From NCBI RefSeq assembly GCF_018350175.1, contig NC_058368.1:52081815-52145814 (forward strand): DNA of 64,000 nucleotides, given 5' to 3'. Shown here piece by piece: positions 39,890 to 52,227 of this stretch. The position numbers and the translations under genes were made by a program. Source of the DNA: Felis catus. Lineage: Eukaryota. Below the pieces are notes generated by a model that saw nothing but the letters and a program-made list of their open reading frames with translations, was not told the origin of the DNA and searched no databases. Every line of letters starts with the position of its first letter. Positions within the stretch are counted from its first letter, which is position 1.

Positions 39890-40630
39890 ACTGAGCGCCC
39901 GCCGTCCGGCCTCGGGAGAGGTGGCTGCCTGCATTCTCCTTCTGCCCTCGGTACAGCCTCTGACTCTGCATCAGTCAAGGATCCACTTAGGGGACCGAGC
40001 AATTTAAATGTAACCTGCGGAGTGGGGAACAAATGTGACGTGGGGTCGGGAGGGAAATCGTTTGGAGGAGAGGCACCGAGCTCCCCCTTCCCGGAGGGCC
40101 GTGACAGGGGGCTGGACTCGGCGATCTCACCCTGGCTCTGCAGGGGGAGCTTTGCTGCGCAGCTTCGTTAGCCTTCCGTCTGCACGCAGCTGTGAGCCAG
40201 CTGCACCCATAGCCGCTCCCAGTGCACACAGTGAAGGCTGGTGCGCTGACACAGTCTGGGGTTCACCGGGCTCCTTGGGACGCCGCACGGCACAAACTGT
40301 TGGCCTCGGAGGCAAGTTCAGATGCGAGCCGCGCAAATCCGGGTCACGCAGACAACCAGGCTCCTGACACCCGCTGTTGGGCAGACACCGCCTCAGCCCG
40401 CTTCCCCAAGGGCTTTCAGAGCACCGTGGGGGCCCTCCAGGCGGGTGGGAAGTGGTGGCGGTGGCGGAGGGAGCCTGCCGACCTGGGCCGGTCCCTGCCC
40501 TGCAGGATCTGAGTGTCCCCGAGAGGTGGCCCGTGGCTGGGCTGGCCCAGGGCCCAGTGTGCGTGGCCCCGGCCCAGAGCAGCATTGCCCTCCTCACTTC
40601 CCCCCCCCTCCCCCTCTCCTGCCCCTGCTT
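39890..40630. promoter_or_regulatory. CpG-rich island / probable promoter
   Basis: GC-rich, apparently non-repeat segment with many CpGs in a CpG-depleted AT-rich background; TGACGT half-CRE near 40036, CAGCTG E-boxes near 40187 and 40198. Confidence 0.65.
40131..40400 (-). other. Candidate first exon of a minus-strand gene/lncRNA (5' boundary unknown)
   Basis: Minus-strand donor CCAGG|GTGAGA at 40131/40130 inside the CpG island; ATG in strong context (GCGGCTATGG) at 40210. Confidence 0.4.
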
Positions 40631-40857
40631 ACTGTGGGAAAAGGAGAGGAATTTTTCCGAGATGCTGACCAACTTCGGAAACTGGGGGTTATGGTACTTT
40701 ATGAAAGTGTGCCCGATTTTAACCCTGAGTGCATAAGCTTGCCTATTTTAAAATGGGTTTATCTGTTAAAAAAAAAAAAAAAAGTCAAAACAAAAAAAAC
40801 CCCGATGAAAGTAATTTCATTTTATCCAACATCAGAAACTACAGATTCATAAAGAAT

Positions 40858-41086
40858 GTTTTTTAAATTTTTTAATATTTATTTTATTTTGAGAGAGAGA
40901 AAGTGTGAGCAGGGAAGGGGCAGGGATAGAGGGAGAGAGAGAATCCCCAGCAAGGTCCACACTGTCAGTGAAGAGCCTCAGCCAAGGCTTGAACTCAGGA
41001 ACTTGTGAAACCTTGAACCATGAGATCATGACCTGGGACAAAATCAAGAGTCAGATGCTTAACCGATTGAGCCTCCCAGGTGCCCC
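40858..41086 (-). mobile_element. Can-SINE
   Basis: GAGATCATGACCTGGGACAAAATCAAGAGTCAGATGCTTAACCGA...CCCAGGTGCCCC; flanking AAGAAT repeat. Confidence 0.9.
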
Positions 41087-43669
41087 AAGAATTTTTTTTT
41101 TTTAATTGAAAGACAACATTTTCCAGAGTTGTCTGACAATTGAGTGTCATACTAACTGGGAATGGTCTGTGACCTCTCCCTTATGGACACAGGTACTAAC
41201 ACAGTCTTCATGATTGCTGGGGCGGGGGGGAGGGGGGGGTGCGGTGGGGTTGGGGATTGCATTCATGCTTAGTACTAACTTCCAATGCACGTATATAATA
41301 AGGAGTAGGCTAATGTTTAATAGTAGCAGGAAGCTTTAACCCGGAAGTATTATTTGATTAGAAAATGAACATTAGTGGCTCTTTAGTTAGACTTCGGCTT
41401 CTTTTCCATAGTGCTTTGATGATGTTTTCTATTGCTGGCTGCGTTTGAAAAACTACCGAAAATTATATCACTTATTAATTATTAATTTCATCTGTTTGCT
41501 ATTGTCACTGTTGCTAAATAAGAAGCTTAGTTTGCTCTCCTTAATTCAGTTCAAGTTTTTGACGTGTCACAAGACTACACTTTCCCGGACAACAGCTGTC
41601 TTTCCATTTTCCTCACTTCCCTCAGTGCCTGTCACATAGGAGGGCTTAGTACATGTTTTCTGAAGAAATGTCCCTAAATCCTGCTTCTCGGTGCCAATTT
41701 TGAAACTTGGGAAGAAGGATAGACTTGGAAAAATAGATTTAATGGTTAAAACTTATTAAAATGCACGTGAACCATCCCAAAGTAAGGTTCCCCTGTGCTC
41801 CTCCTAAAGGGGTTGTCCTTTTCCATCATTATGGTTCATCTGTAGATGCCCCATAGAAGCCACCATGACTGTGCTCTCCTATCGCTTGCCCTTGCATCCT
41901 GCTCCTGCTAAGCTGGAGAAGTTTCCTTCTCTTAGAAACAGAAACAACTGTGGCATACGTTGGAATTTCCAAAAGCCAGCAAACTCTCGTGATATGCCAA
42001 AGACAGGCGTCCACAAGAGTGGAATTAGGACCACCCCCAGCATGGTGCCTGGTCGTTACCAATGTATAGCCGTCGCTACTGAGGCAGGACAGGGGGACCT
42101 ATGACAGTCCGTTGCCTCGGACACGAATGAGAAGGCTCTACTATCAGGAACAGAGCTGGTCTGTTGAAGGCCACCGTGGACAGTGGGCTCTCCTGTCATT
42201 TTGTCACGTGCTCTAAACTCTCAACATCATAGGGAGACTCAGAGGAACATAAACAGAACATCACAGTAATGGGTGCACATGACTCCAGCAAAACAGGTGC
42301 ATTGAAGGGCCTCTTCGTGTATCCTTCCCAAAGGCTGCTTCATGTGGCCTAATTACAAAATTGGTATCAACGGTCTGGGACAGGCAGGGTGAAAAGGGGA
42401 ATGTGGTGTTTTCAAATTTAGGAAATGAAGCGAATGCAGGAAAATTTGTTTTTCAGTTGCTGAAAATTCGCTTCAGAAAGAAATAAACCTCTGCTAGTTA
42501 CTTCTATTATGCTCTAAAGGCCGTTGTCTATTTATATACTTCTTAAAGCTATTGTCCTCTGAAATCAAATAGTAAAGCACCAAAAAATAATATTTAATCT
42601 ATTGCAAATGGGAACTACCTACAACGCTTGCTTACATTCGTAACTTTATAGCTCAAACAGTTTTATTTCCTCCCTCTGTCTCCACTTTTCATCAGAAAGG
42701 AACACGTATAATTTTTACCGGATTATGCTCTAACTTAGGTGACTGAAATGTATTCCATTTAATGATTAGAAAGTACTTACGATGCTACTAATGCCAGGTC
42801 TCTATATTTAAGTTGTTACTCCATGTGTGTCTTCCCTGGTGGTCCAGCTAGATACTAGCCCACTGCAGTTGTTGACAGAAGGTTCTTCCATTTTTGGAGA
42901 AGCCACAGTTACTAGTTTTAGCCGTAAAACCATCTTTTCTCCTCAGCAGCAAGCCTACACAAGGTTCCACAGAAGGTATTTTTCCCATTTGTCCCCACCC
43001 AGAAGTCCTTAATCTATTCAGGGAATAGGGAACATGCAGGGGTCCCCTTGGTGAATCACTTGGAGTCAATCAAAAATCTTTTTGAAACTCTGGTCAGCAC
43101 AGGACTGAGTGCTGTGAAGACAAAGAAGCGATCTTGTGGGAATTAGAAATGGAATGAACGGAGTTTTTCTACTTGTTCAAGACAAAGTTTAGAGCTTACA
43201 ACCGGTAAGATCCCATTAGAATGGTAAGATAATCACATTACCAGAACATTGGAAATAATGCCCGTATTAACATATGATTCTAATAGGTCACTTCATAACT
43301 TTTTTTCCTTTAGATAAAAAAGTGGTAATTTTTTATCACGTCCCATTTAAAAAAAACACACAGGGTCATGAAAGAGAGGAAAACAGGATACACACATCCC
43401 ACTGAAACATTTTGAAAAAGAAAATTGACAGCTATTGCTTTACAACAAATGCATGATCTCATCATCAAGGTAGAGTGAAGAGGAATCAATTATCTTTTAA
43501 AAGGTCTTAAGCAAACCAGCACAGCGGTGGAGAGCATGTATGTTAGAGTCAAACTGTCTCTGGTTTCAAAGCCTGACTGCCACTGAACTCTTTCTGTAAT
43601 CTTGGGCAGGCTGCCTCAGTTTCCTTATCTGTAAAATGTCAATCAATACTCATTGTACCTACTTTCTCA

Positions 43670-43888
43670 TTTTTTTAAAATTTTTTTTTTACATTTATTT
43701 ATTTTTGAGACAGAGACAGAGCATGAACAGGGGAGGGGCAGAGAGAGGGGGGGACACAGAATGGGAAGCAGGCTCCAGGCTCCGGGCCATCAGCCCAGAG
43801 CCTGACGCGGGGCTCGAACTCACGGACGGCGAGATCGTGACCTGAGCTGAAGTCGGACACTCAACCGACTGAGCCACCCAGGCGCCCC
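43670..43888 (-). mobile_element. Young feline SINE (SINEC_Fc-like) inserted in or beside a MIR
   Basis: CpG-rich body; TSD TCTCATTTTTTT; MIR core GCCTCAGTTTCCTTATCTGTAAAATG just upstream. Confidence 0.95.
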
Positions 43889-43963
43889 TCTCATTTTTTT
43901 TTTTTTTTAATGATGGTAGTATTTAAATGATTATAGTAGGTATTTAAAAAAAAAACAGCCTAA

Positions 43964-44148
43964 GGGTGCCTGGGTGGCTCAGTGGGTTAAGTGTCCAACT
44001 TCAGCTCAGGTCATGATCTCACAGTTCATGAGTTTGAGCCCCGCATCAGGCTCTGTGCTGACAGCTCAGAGCCTGGAGCCTGCTTCAGATTTTGTGTTTC
44101 CCTCTCTCCCTGCCCCTCCCCTGCTTGTGCTATCTCTCTCTCTCTCTC

Positions 44149-44181
<33 letters not shown>

Positions 44182-44190
44182 CATAAAAAA
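43964..44190 (+). mobile_element. Can-SINE
   Basis: GGGTGCCTGGGTGGCTCAG head, long A-tail, TSD-like AAAA(C)AGCCT. Confidence 0.93.
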
Positions 44191-45691
44191 GCCTGAAAAA
44201 TAATATTTGATAAAATTGTGATTATTACTATTATTCAGTCTCTAGTATTTTTAAATTACTGACCCACAATGAAGCATAATTATATCTAGCTTCTGAGAAT
44301 TGCATTAATTAATAATTAATAATAAATTCTGCTTTTGATTTGGAAAACAAATTTAGTAAATCTCTTAGAATATTACTACAAGCTAGGTTTTGGAATTAAA
44401 AACCCTTCCCCACAAATGAAGGTATACTTTCTGTGTTGGGCTGTCTTTTGAAAGAGGATGCTATTGCATCATGACTTGAAAACTCAGCACAGGAAGTTCA
44501 TTCATGTTGATTGTAAATATTACCAGTGGGAGCAAGATTCTAGTGTATCTCATTTCCTCACTGATAAATCTATGAGTTACAACAGATCTGTCTTGGGACT
44601 AGGTCTAAAAAGTTCTCTTCTCACGTGCAAAATGTTTTGCTTAATTCATGCTCTGCAGTTTGAAGACATTTTTTTTATATATAATTTAGAATTGATAAGA
44701 GAACTGGTTTCCTGCCTTAGAGATTGTATCAGATAAAATCAGGTTTTATCAGAGTTTATTTTATCTTTTTTAATCAGGTAAAACTCAGGTTTCTTTTCAA
44801 AGTGATTCATGATTACGATCTTCTCGGTGCAAGAAAAAGAGAGTATGCTTACTAGATCATCTGGGGTAAGATTTGTGACCAGTTTCTCCTGTAAAATATT
44901 TAAGTTTTGATATTATTTCCTTTTTCCTCCAGAAGAATATAAATAAACTCTTCCTGTGTGGCTCTTTGGTTTTCTTCAAGATATATTAGACTATGTTTAT
45001 CACAGTCATATTCTCTATTCAAGGAGAGAAGATGCCACATTATCTCTTAATTTAGCAGCATTTCTTGTTCAGATTTCCAGATAAGGCACACTACAGGCTT
45101 TAAATATAAAAAGGGTAGGCTGTTTTCCCACAGAACACACCGGTGTTCATAGGATAAGAAACTGGCTCCCGTGTTGTCTGATAAAACAGGAATTCCTAGC
45201 ACAGAGATATTTTTAGCACATCTGATAGAACATCAGTTCCATCCACATTTCCTTAGCATGTTGTGCTATATTCTCCCTCCAACATTCCAGGATTGGTTCA
45301 TTACCCGAAGTAACAGGGAGAAGTCACTTAAGATATTTCTCTCACAAGGAGAAAATGAGAAGCTGCTGTTATTATGACACAAACATATTTTTCTACTTTG
45401 TCCTCAAATACACATCCAACGTTTGTACCTCTACTAAAAATTATCACACACGCTGGAAGATGGACCAAGCCTTCTGGAAATTTTTTTTATTTATTTTGTT
45501 ACCATAATAACATCAGTATGTTTAAATTACATGTTTATTCCTGTCTACATGTTGGAGATGGTTCCTACTGATTAAAAATTAGAATTTTGTGTTTACTTTG
45601 CTGCATGTATTTCTTTTCCTAAGCAATTGACTAACAATTAGCTGTTGACTTCTTTATACACAAAGATCTTAGATAAAAAGGTTATTCTCTA

Positions 45692-45905
45692 TTTTTTTTA
45701 AATTTTTAACATTTTTATTTATTTTTGAGAGAGAGAGCCAGAGTGCGACTGGGGGAGGGGCAGAGAGAAGGAGACAGAATCTGAAGCAGGCTCCAGGCTC
45801 TGAGCTGTCAGCACAGAGCCAGATGTGGGCTCACACCCACAAACTGTGAGATCGTGACCTGAGCCAAAGTCGGATGCTTAACCAACTGAGCTACCCAGGT
45901 GCCCC
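45692..45905 (-). mobile_element. Can-SINE
   Basis: GAAGCAGGCTCCAGGCTCTGAGCTGTCAGCACAGAGCC...CCCAGGTGCCCC. Confidence 0.92.
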
Positions 45906-46025
45906 TCTATCTTTTTAAAATAGACACAAAAATAAGCAAAAAGAATGTTTTAAAAAATCTGTTAAGCAAAACCTTGGTCAAAATATAAGCTGATTGCCCA
46001 TATATAGAAAGCTCCTAATATAGGA

Positions 46026-46242
46026 GGGATGCCTGGGTGGCTCAGTCAGTTAAGCACCTGGCTCTTGATTTTGGCTCAGATTATAATTTCATGGTTGGTG
46101 GCATTGAGCCCCCTGTGGGGCTCTGCACTGACAGCATGGAGACTGCTTGAGATTCTGTTTCTTCTTCTTTGTCTGCCCTTCCCCACTCACGCTCCCTCTC
46201 TTTCTCTCTCTCAAAATAAATACATAAACATTAAAAAAAAAA
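46026..46242 (+). mobile_element. Can-SINE (older)
   Basis: GGGATGCCTGGGTGGCTCAGTCAGTTAAGC head, CTCTTGATTTTGGCTCAG, A-tail. Confidence 0.9.
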
Positions 46243-46560
46243 CATATTATAATCGCAATTGCTGTTGAACATGATTTGTAACATCTGTCCCCAATTCCCA
46301 AATATGCAATTTTGATTTAATGTCATATTGATAATCACCTGACCAAAATTAGATGTTTTGTTCACATATGGACAGATGCCAAATTTACATGTCAATAATG
46401 CAGATTGAAAGAAATAATTTGGGGTGATTTCCTTTTGCCTAAAACTGCTTTTATCGCAGTTGAATATATTTCTTATCACATATAGTTTCTATGACTTTGT
46501 TAAAGAGATTTCTGTGAAGAAAAATCTGGATCATAGGTAAGAGTCGTTGGAGTTATCAGC

Positions 46561-46589
46561 ATCTATCTATCTATCTATCTATCTATCTA
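46561..46589. repeat. (ATCT)n tetranucleotide microsatellite
   Basis: ATCT repeated about seven times. Confidence 0.9.
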
Positions 46590-48568
46590 GAAGTTAGAGG
46601 TGTATATTCCAGTGTGTGTGGAATATTACATGGAACCACATAATAAAGCATTTCTCTAAAGTTAGGAGTTTGAAGAGGGAATATGACAGAAGGACACAGC
46701 CTTTGAGTTTCATAAAAGTCACCGAATTTTATAGATTTGGGGGTTAAAGCTTAAAATTTTCAGTGGCATATTTTTCATTCCAAAAGAGTTGACCACCTGG
46801 TCTTAAAAAAAAAGGTTTCAAAATATTGCAGAAGTGAAATAACTTGTCAAATAAAATCTAGGCAAAGTAGAAGTAAATAAGTCAGAATTCAAATTTATTT
46901 TAAAAGCACATATGGTTTGCATGAAGGGAAAGGCGGAGGCCTAGCAACTCTGTCCCTCTCAGACGTTCTGAGTACATCTGTAGGACCTTGTGCCAACACG
47001 TCAATGCCAGTGGTTCGTTATTTTAAAAACATTGTCTCCTTTAATGCCTAATATCGAAATATAGAATCTATTCTTTTGTTAGGGCCTTAAACACAAAGTC
47101 TGTTTTATGGCTTATAGAATCATTGCTAAGAAGATTTTAAGTGTTCTTCTTGGAATTCTGGGAGTATAGGAATTAAACTTTTTTTTTTTTACAGGTTAAG
47201 ACGAGAGAACAGTACTTTTTCAACTGCTGTGACTCCTTACAATGTTTCTTTCCTTTTGTTTATGAAACCCTTCCCAGCTTCTTCCCAGCTTCTCTGAGTA
47301 TCAGAGTTCTCTGTCTTGACTCACAGTTAGAACATTTCCATTTTAAAATAGAGAACATATTTGGTTCCCAATGAAGATGAGCCTATCCCAGGGATACATG
47401 GCCACCTTGTCAGGTGTATTCACCCCAACTCGGACAGAAGGAGAGACACGGGGATAAATAACACTCTTGTCTCTGAGTCCCTGCTAAGGGTTAGGAAAAC
47501 ATCCTGGTGTGTTCGTTTGTGGCTTATTGGTTTCCTGAGCTAAATTAGGGATTAGGATGAGAGCCGTGGCTGGAATCTCTTCCTGAAGATTGTGATCCTG
47601 AGACTCAGAGGAACGGAGACCCAAGGTTCCCACAGTAAAGGCAGAAAAATAAATAAATAATAATCAGGCCTGCACCTCTGACATTTAACCACTCCCGTGG
47701 GTACTGCGTCTTGGGCCCGATATATTTTGTTTTCCTAGTGTAAGCTGTAACTGTTTAGAGCAAAGAGCAAATATTTTGTTCTTACTAAATATGTACATAT
47801 TTTCTGAACCCTACAGATAATAAATAAGAATAATAATCACACCTTTAAAGTCCATGAGGATGGGTTGGCCCTCTCCCTTGCTGGATAACCTACGGGGCAA
47901 GGTGTTCTTATAAATTGCTCCAAAAGAGATTGCAGAGTGATAAATATGTGGGTTTTGTCCGAATAAGAATTTGTCCTAAGGATTTAATTAACCAAACCAT
48001 TTTTAGGGGCCTGTTATTATCCCAGCAAAGTCAGGGAAGGCTTAAAGTTGGCCAGAAGATGACCTTTTCAACCTCAGCAAACAAATAGGCACCGATGATG
48101 TGCTAGGCCAGATAGCAGTTGCTGGAAGGTTTAGGAATTCATCTCCGTCTCTCATTATTCTTGTTTTCTCCGCATAGCTGAGATTTCAAAAATAAAATTT
48201 CAAAAATAAAAATGCCAACACCCTCGAGGAAATATTCCCGGGGCTTTGGAATCCAACCGATTTGCCACACTACCACACCAGTTGTGCAGTCAGAGCCTGG
48301 GCTTCTGTGAATGAACATGGCCACCACTCACCTGCAACAGGCGAGTTATAGTAACGTGTACAAGGTACACAAAGGGGAAAGAGCCCAGCAGTTGGTAAAT
48401 CCTCCTGTTTTCAAGCAGCAAGCAAGGCTGGACCCATTATCCACCCCCCTCAACTGGAAGGAATTCAAATCCTCTGTACATTTTGAATAGCTGAAGAAGT
48501 CATTCCTTTTTAAGGATATAGTGGACACTCAGAGCAGAACTGAATATTGATTAAAATAAACCAGAGTA

Positions 48569-48792
48569 GGAGCGCCAGGGTGGCTCAGTCGGTTGAGCAT
48601 CCGACTTCAGCTCAGGTCATGAGCTCTCCACCTGCGAGTTTGATCTCCGTGTCGGGCTCTGTGCTGACAGCTCAGAGCCTGGAGCCTGCTTCAGAGTCTG
48701 TGTCTCCCTCTCCCTCTGCCCCTCTCCCACCAATCCTCTGTCTCTTTCTGTCTCTCAAAAATAAATAAATGTTAAAAAAAAATTTAAAAAAA
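48569..48792 (+). mobile_element. Can-SINE
   Basis: GGAGCGCCAGGGTGGCTCAGTCGGTTGAGC head; TSD-like AACC..GAGTAG. Confidence 0.92.
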
Positions 48793-49039
48793 ACCCGGAG
48801 TAGTTATCATGGAAATTGTGATAAGATTATTTGGTATTCATTGCACTTAAGTGCATGTACAACCTATCCTAGACAGAATTGATATTACTTTGGTTTGGTT
48901 TGGTTTTGTCACCTTCCCATCTCCTATTCAGGTTTCTTTCACAACCCACAGTCTGACTTCCCAGAAATTTTCCTTTGCCCTAACATTATTTGCCATAATG
49001 TTATTTCAGTAGGAAGCAGCCTTTCACTACAAAAAAAAA

Positions 49040-49750
49040 AAAAGTTGCCCTGTGCCCCTCTGTAGTCAATTCATTTCTACAGCAATCATTGAGCTGCATT
49101 CTGTCCCTAGAGCTTTGCCTCAGCTAGAATTTCACATAAATGGAATCATATATAGTCTTTTGTGTCTGGCTTTTTTCACATAGTATATTGTTTTAGAAAC
49201 GTACCTGTGCCGTTGACTGGATCGTCCATCGTGTGATTACCTAGTCGTTTGAAGGAGGTTTGACTTTTTTTCTGGTCTTTTGCTATTGTGAATAAATATG
49301 CTGTGAACATTCATGTAGAAGTCTTACAGTGGCACCTGCTACATTTCTCTTGTGTAAATACCTAGATGTGTGATTCCTGAGTCTTACAAGTATATGTTTA
49401 TAAGAAATTACCAAACTTTTTCCATGGTGGTTATGCCATTTTGTGTTCTCACCAGCAGTGTGTGAAACTTCCTGTTGCTTCATAACCTCACCAAAACTTG
49501 TTATTGTCAATCTGTTTAATTTTAGCCATTGGATTAGGTCTGCAATGTTATTTCACTGTGGTTTTAATCTGCACTTCCCAAATGATTAATGATATGAACA
49601 TCTTTTCATGTGCTTATCTGTTATTTGTATATCGTCTTTGGTGAAATATCTTTCAAATTTTTGTCCATTTTTTATTGAGATGTTGTGTCAAAAATTCCTT
49701 TATGTATTTGAGATACAAATGCTTTGTCATACGCGTATCTCACAATTATT
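49040..49750 (-). mobile_element. Old L1M (L1MC/ME-like) 3' fragment
   Basis: AATTTCACATAAATGGAATCATA, TCTCACCAGCAGTGT, TTTAATTTTAGCCATT, TGTGGTTTTAATCTGCACTTCCC, CATCTTTTCATGTGCTTAT. Confidence 0.75.
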
Positions 49751-51300
49751 CTACATTGCTTAGGGAAACCACTAAAATCATGAATTCTAACTGCTTCTCG
49801 CTTAAAGCACACTACTTAGCATCACCTATTTGAGAAACAGCTCATCACCAAATGAAAGATTATAAGTTAGTATAACTTTATCTTTTGGCACTTAATTTGA
49901 AACCACTATTTGCTGTCTCTTTCCTTGATATCTTAATATTCTTGGCATATCTTTTCCAATCTGTAGTCACGCAGGCCTTTTGTACCTCCTTTGATTTCAG
50001 GTGAGTGAGTGAATGTCTAACTCAGTGAAGTACTTAATATGGTGCCCGCATATTTAATTTTGTGAGTGTTGTGTAGACTACATACTTTTTTATGTTTTGA
50101 ACATTTCTTATAATTGATTAACCTACACTGACACATCATAATCACCCAAGTTCCGTAGTTTAGCGTTCATTCTTGGTGTTGGACATTCTTTTGGAGACAA
50201 CATGCTTTTTTAATTTGGTGAAGTCCTGTCAGGCCATTTTTGTGTAGTGCAGTAATGGATAACTACAAGGAGCAAAGCACCATTTTGTTTACATGGATCT
50301 TTCTCTTTCTTCTGCCTCCAAATTCGCCGATAATTATCTTCCTCTATGTTGCCTTTAACATTCTGGGTTTTTTTTTTCTTTTGCACCTTCTTGCATTGGA
50401 TACTTAACTCATTAACTTTTCATTTTTAAAGACAAAAACATTTAAAATTATATATTTACATTTTGTTATGAATTTCTAGTGTCATTTTTTATTGTGGTGG
50501 AGGAATATGTTCTTCATATTTCCTCATTTGAGGGGGGGGCAGAAAGAGACAGTTTTGATAGCTTCATTGTGACTTACATAAAATTAATGCTTGGAAATAT
50601 TCAGATAATACATGAAAAGGAGGTGAATTCTAAAAATTTGTAAGATACACCATTCTTATTTTTATTAATGTAATCAATATTAAATTAGCATTTTAATTGC
50701 TTTGCTATTCATATTCTATCCATTTTATATATTTTTAACAAACTTTAATTGAAGCTTGAAATATATAGAGAGGGGTGCATGAATAGTAAATATATGTTTT
50801 GATAATTATTACAAACAGAACCCAGCAATGTAATCTTTATCCAGGTCAAGATATTGCTCCCCATGTCTTTTCTCTTTACTTGTCCTGTCAGAAACGGGGC
50901 AATGTAACAATTATTGTTCCCAAATCATTGTTCAAGATGGAAATGTCCGGACCCTTCCTAGGAGACTACTGATCTGAATCCTGCTTGTGTATCTAGCATC
51001 CGGGAAATTCTGGGGCAGCCAACGAAGTGGCAGAATTTGGGGACAGATGTTTTTCTTTCTGAAATTTAACTCTTTTGATTTATCTCAATATTCAGACCTT
51101 TGCCAAAAGCTGAATATTTTCCCAATGAAGCATTTCTTCAAATGATTCATGCTAGTGGTCCTGGTTTGAGGCTTATTGGTTTTTTCCCTTACAAGAATGC
51201 AAACCAATCACACAGTATCCAAAGTTATCTTCCAAAAGGTAAGTCCAATTAGTCCCTTTTTGAATATTCAATGCCAGCCAGTGCCTATAGAATAAAGTTT

Positions 51301-51535
51301 GGGGAGCCTGGGTGGCTCAGGTGCTTAGGCATCTGACACTTAATTTCGGCTCAGGTCATGACCTCACAGTTCATGAGTTCAAGCCCACATCAGGATCTGG
51401 CAATGCAGAGCCTGCTTGGGATTCTCTCTCCCTCTCTCTCCCCCTCCCCACTTGTGTTGTCTCTGTCTCTCTCAAAATAAATAAATAAAAACCAACAAAA
51501 AAGAGAAATATTTCCAAAAAAAGTGAGAAAAAAAA
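51301..51535 (+). mobile_element. Can-SINE
   Basis: GGGGAGCCTGGGTGGCTCAG head; TSD AGAAT(A/G)AAGTTT. Confidence 0.9.
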
Positions 51536-52177
51536 GAATGAAGTTTAAATTCCTCAAGATGGCACCCAAAACATGTCATTATTTGGGCCAATTCTGCTTC
51601 CATGAATCCCACCTGGAATGCTCTTTCCTCTCTTTCTTTCTTATCTCAATTCCGCTCATCCTGAAAAACTTTTTTCCAACACTATCTTTCCCATTCCCCA
51701 ATGAGTATTATGATTACAGCTTCAACAAAATCTCTATTCTCAGACCTTCACAAGTTTTCAACTTACACCTGCATCTTCCCTTAGCTGGGGCCACTTAGCT
51801 GTTATTTACAGTCTCAAGTCCATTCAGTTTTTCCTGACTTATCTTAACCTTGTTGAGGAATAATTTCAGAGGGTCTGGTCCTCAAGGCCATTCTTGTCAT
51901 CCAATACTACTCTTTGACCCAGCACTGGGAGCTAGGTTTTGGGCTAATTCTGGGAAACGCGGTTCCCATTTACGGGAATTAGATTCCAATCTTGTTACTA
52001 ATATTCAGGGTCCTGTTACCTCTCTCTCTCCCTATAGAATTACTCCTTACTGTTGACAAACTCACTCCCACCTAAAAAGGTCCTAAAGGCTCATCCCCAA
52101 ATGTCCCAAAGACGATATCTTCTGTTCTGAGAGACCTCTCTGACACTGATGACTGATCTAGTTTTCAGGTATGGGCC

Positions 52178-52227
52178 TTGGGAGGATTGGATCCTTCAGC
52201 TGTTGGGAGGATTGGATCCTTCAGCTG
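52178..52227. repeat. Perfect 25-bp tandem duplication
   Basis: TTGGGAGGATTGGATCCTTCAGCTG x2. Confidence 0.95.

Noticed and set aside
39781..40852. Overlapping 80-181 aa ORFs across the CpG island
   Set aside because: Expected in GC-rich DNA with few stops; many begin at GTG/TTG and show no recognisable domain. Only the ATG at 40210 was kept as a lead.
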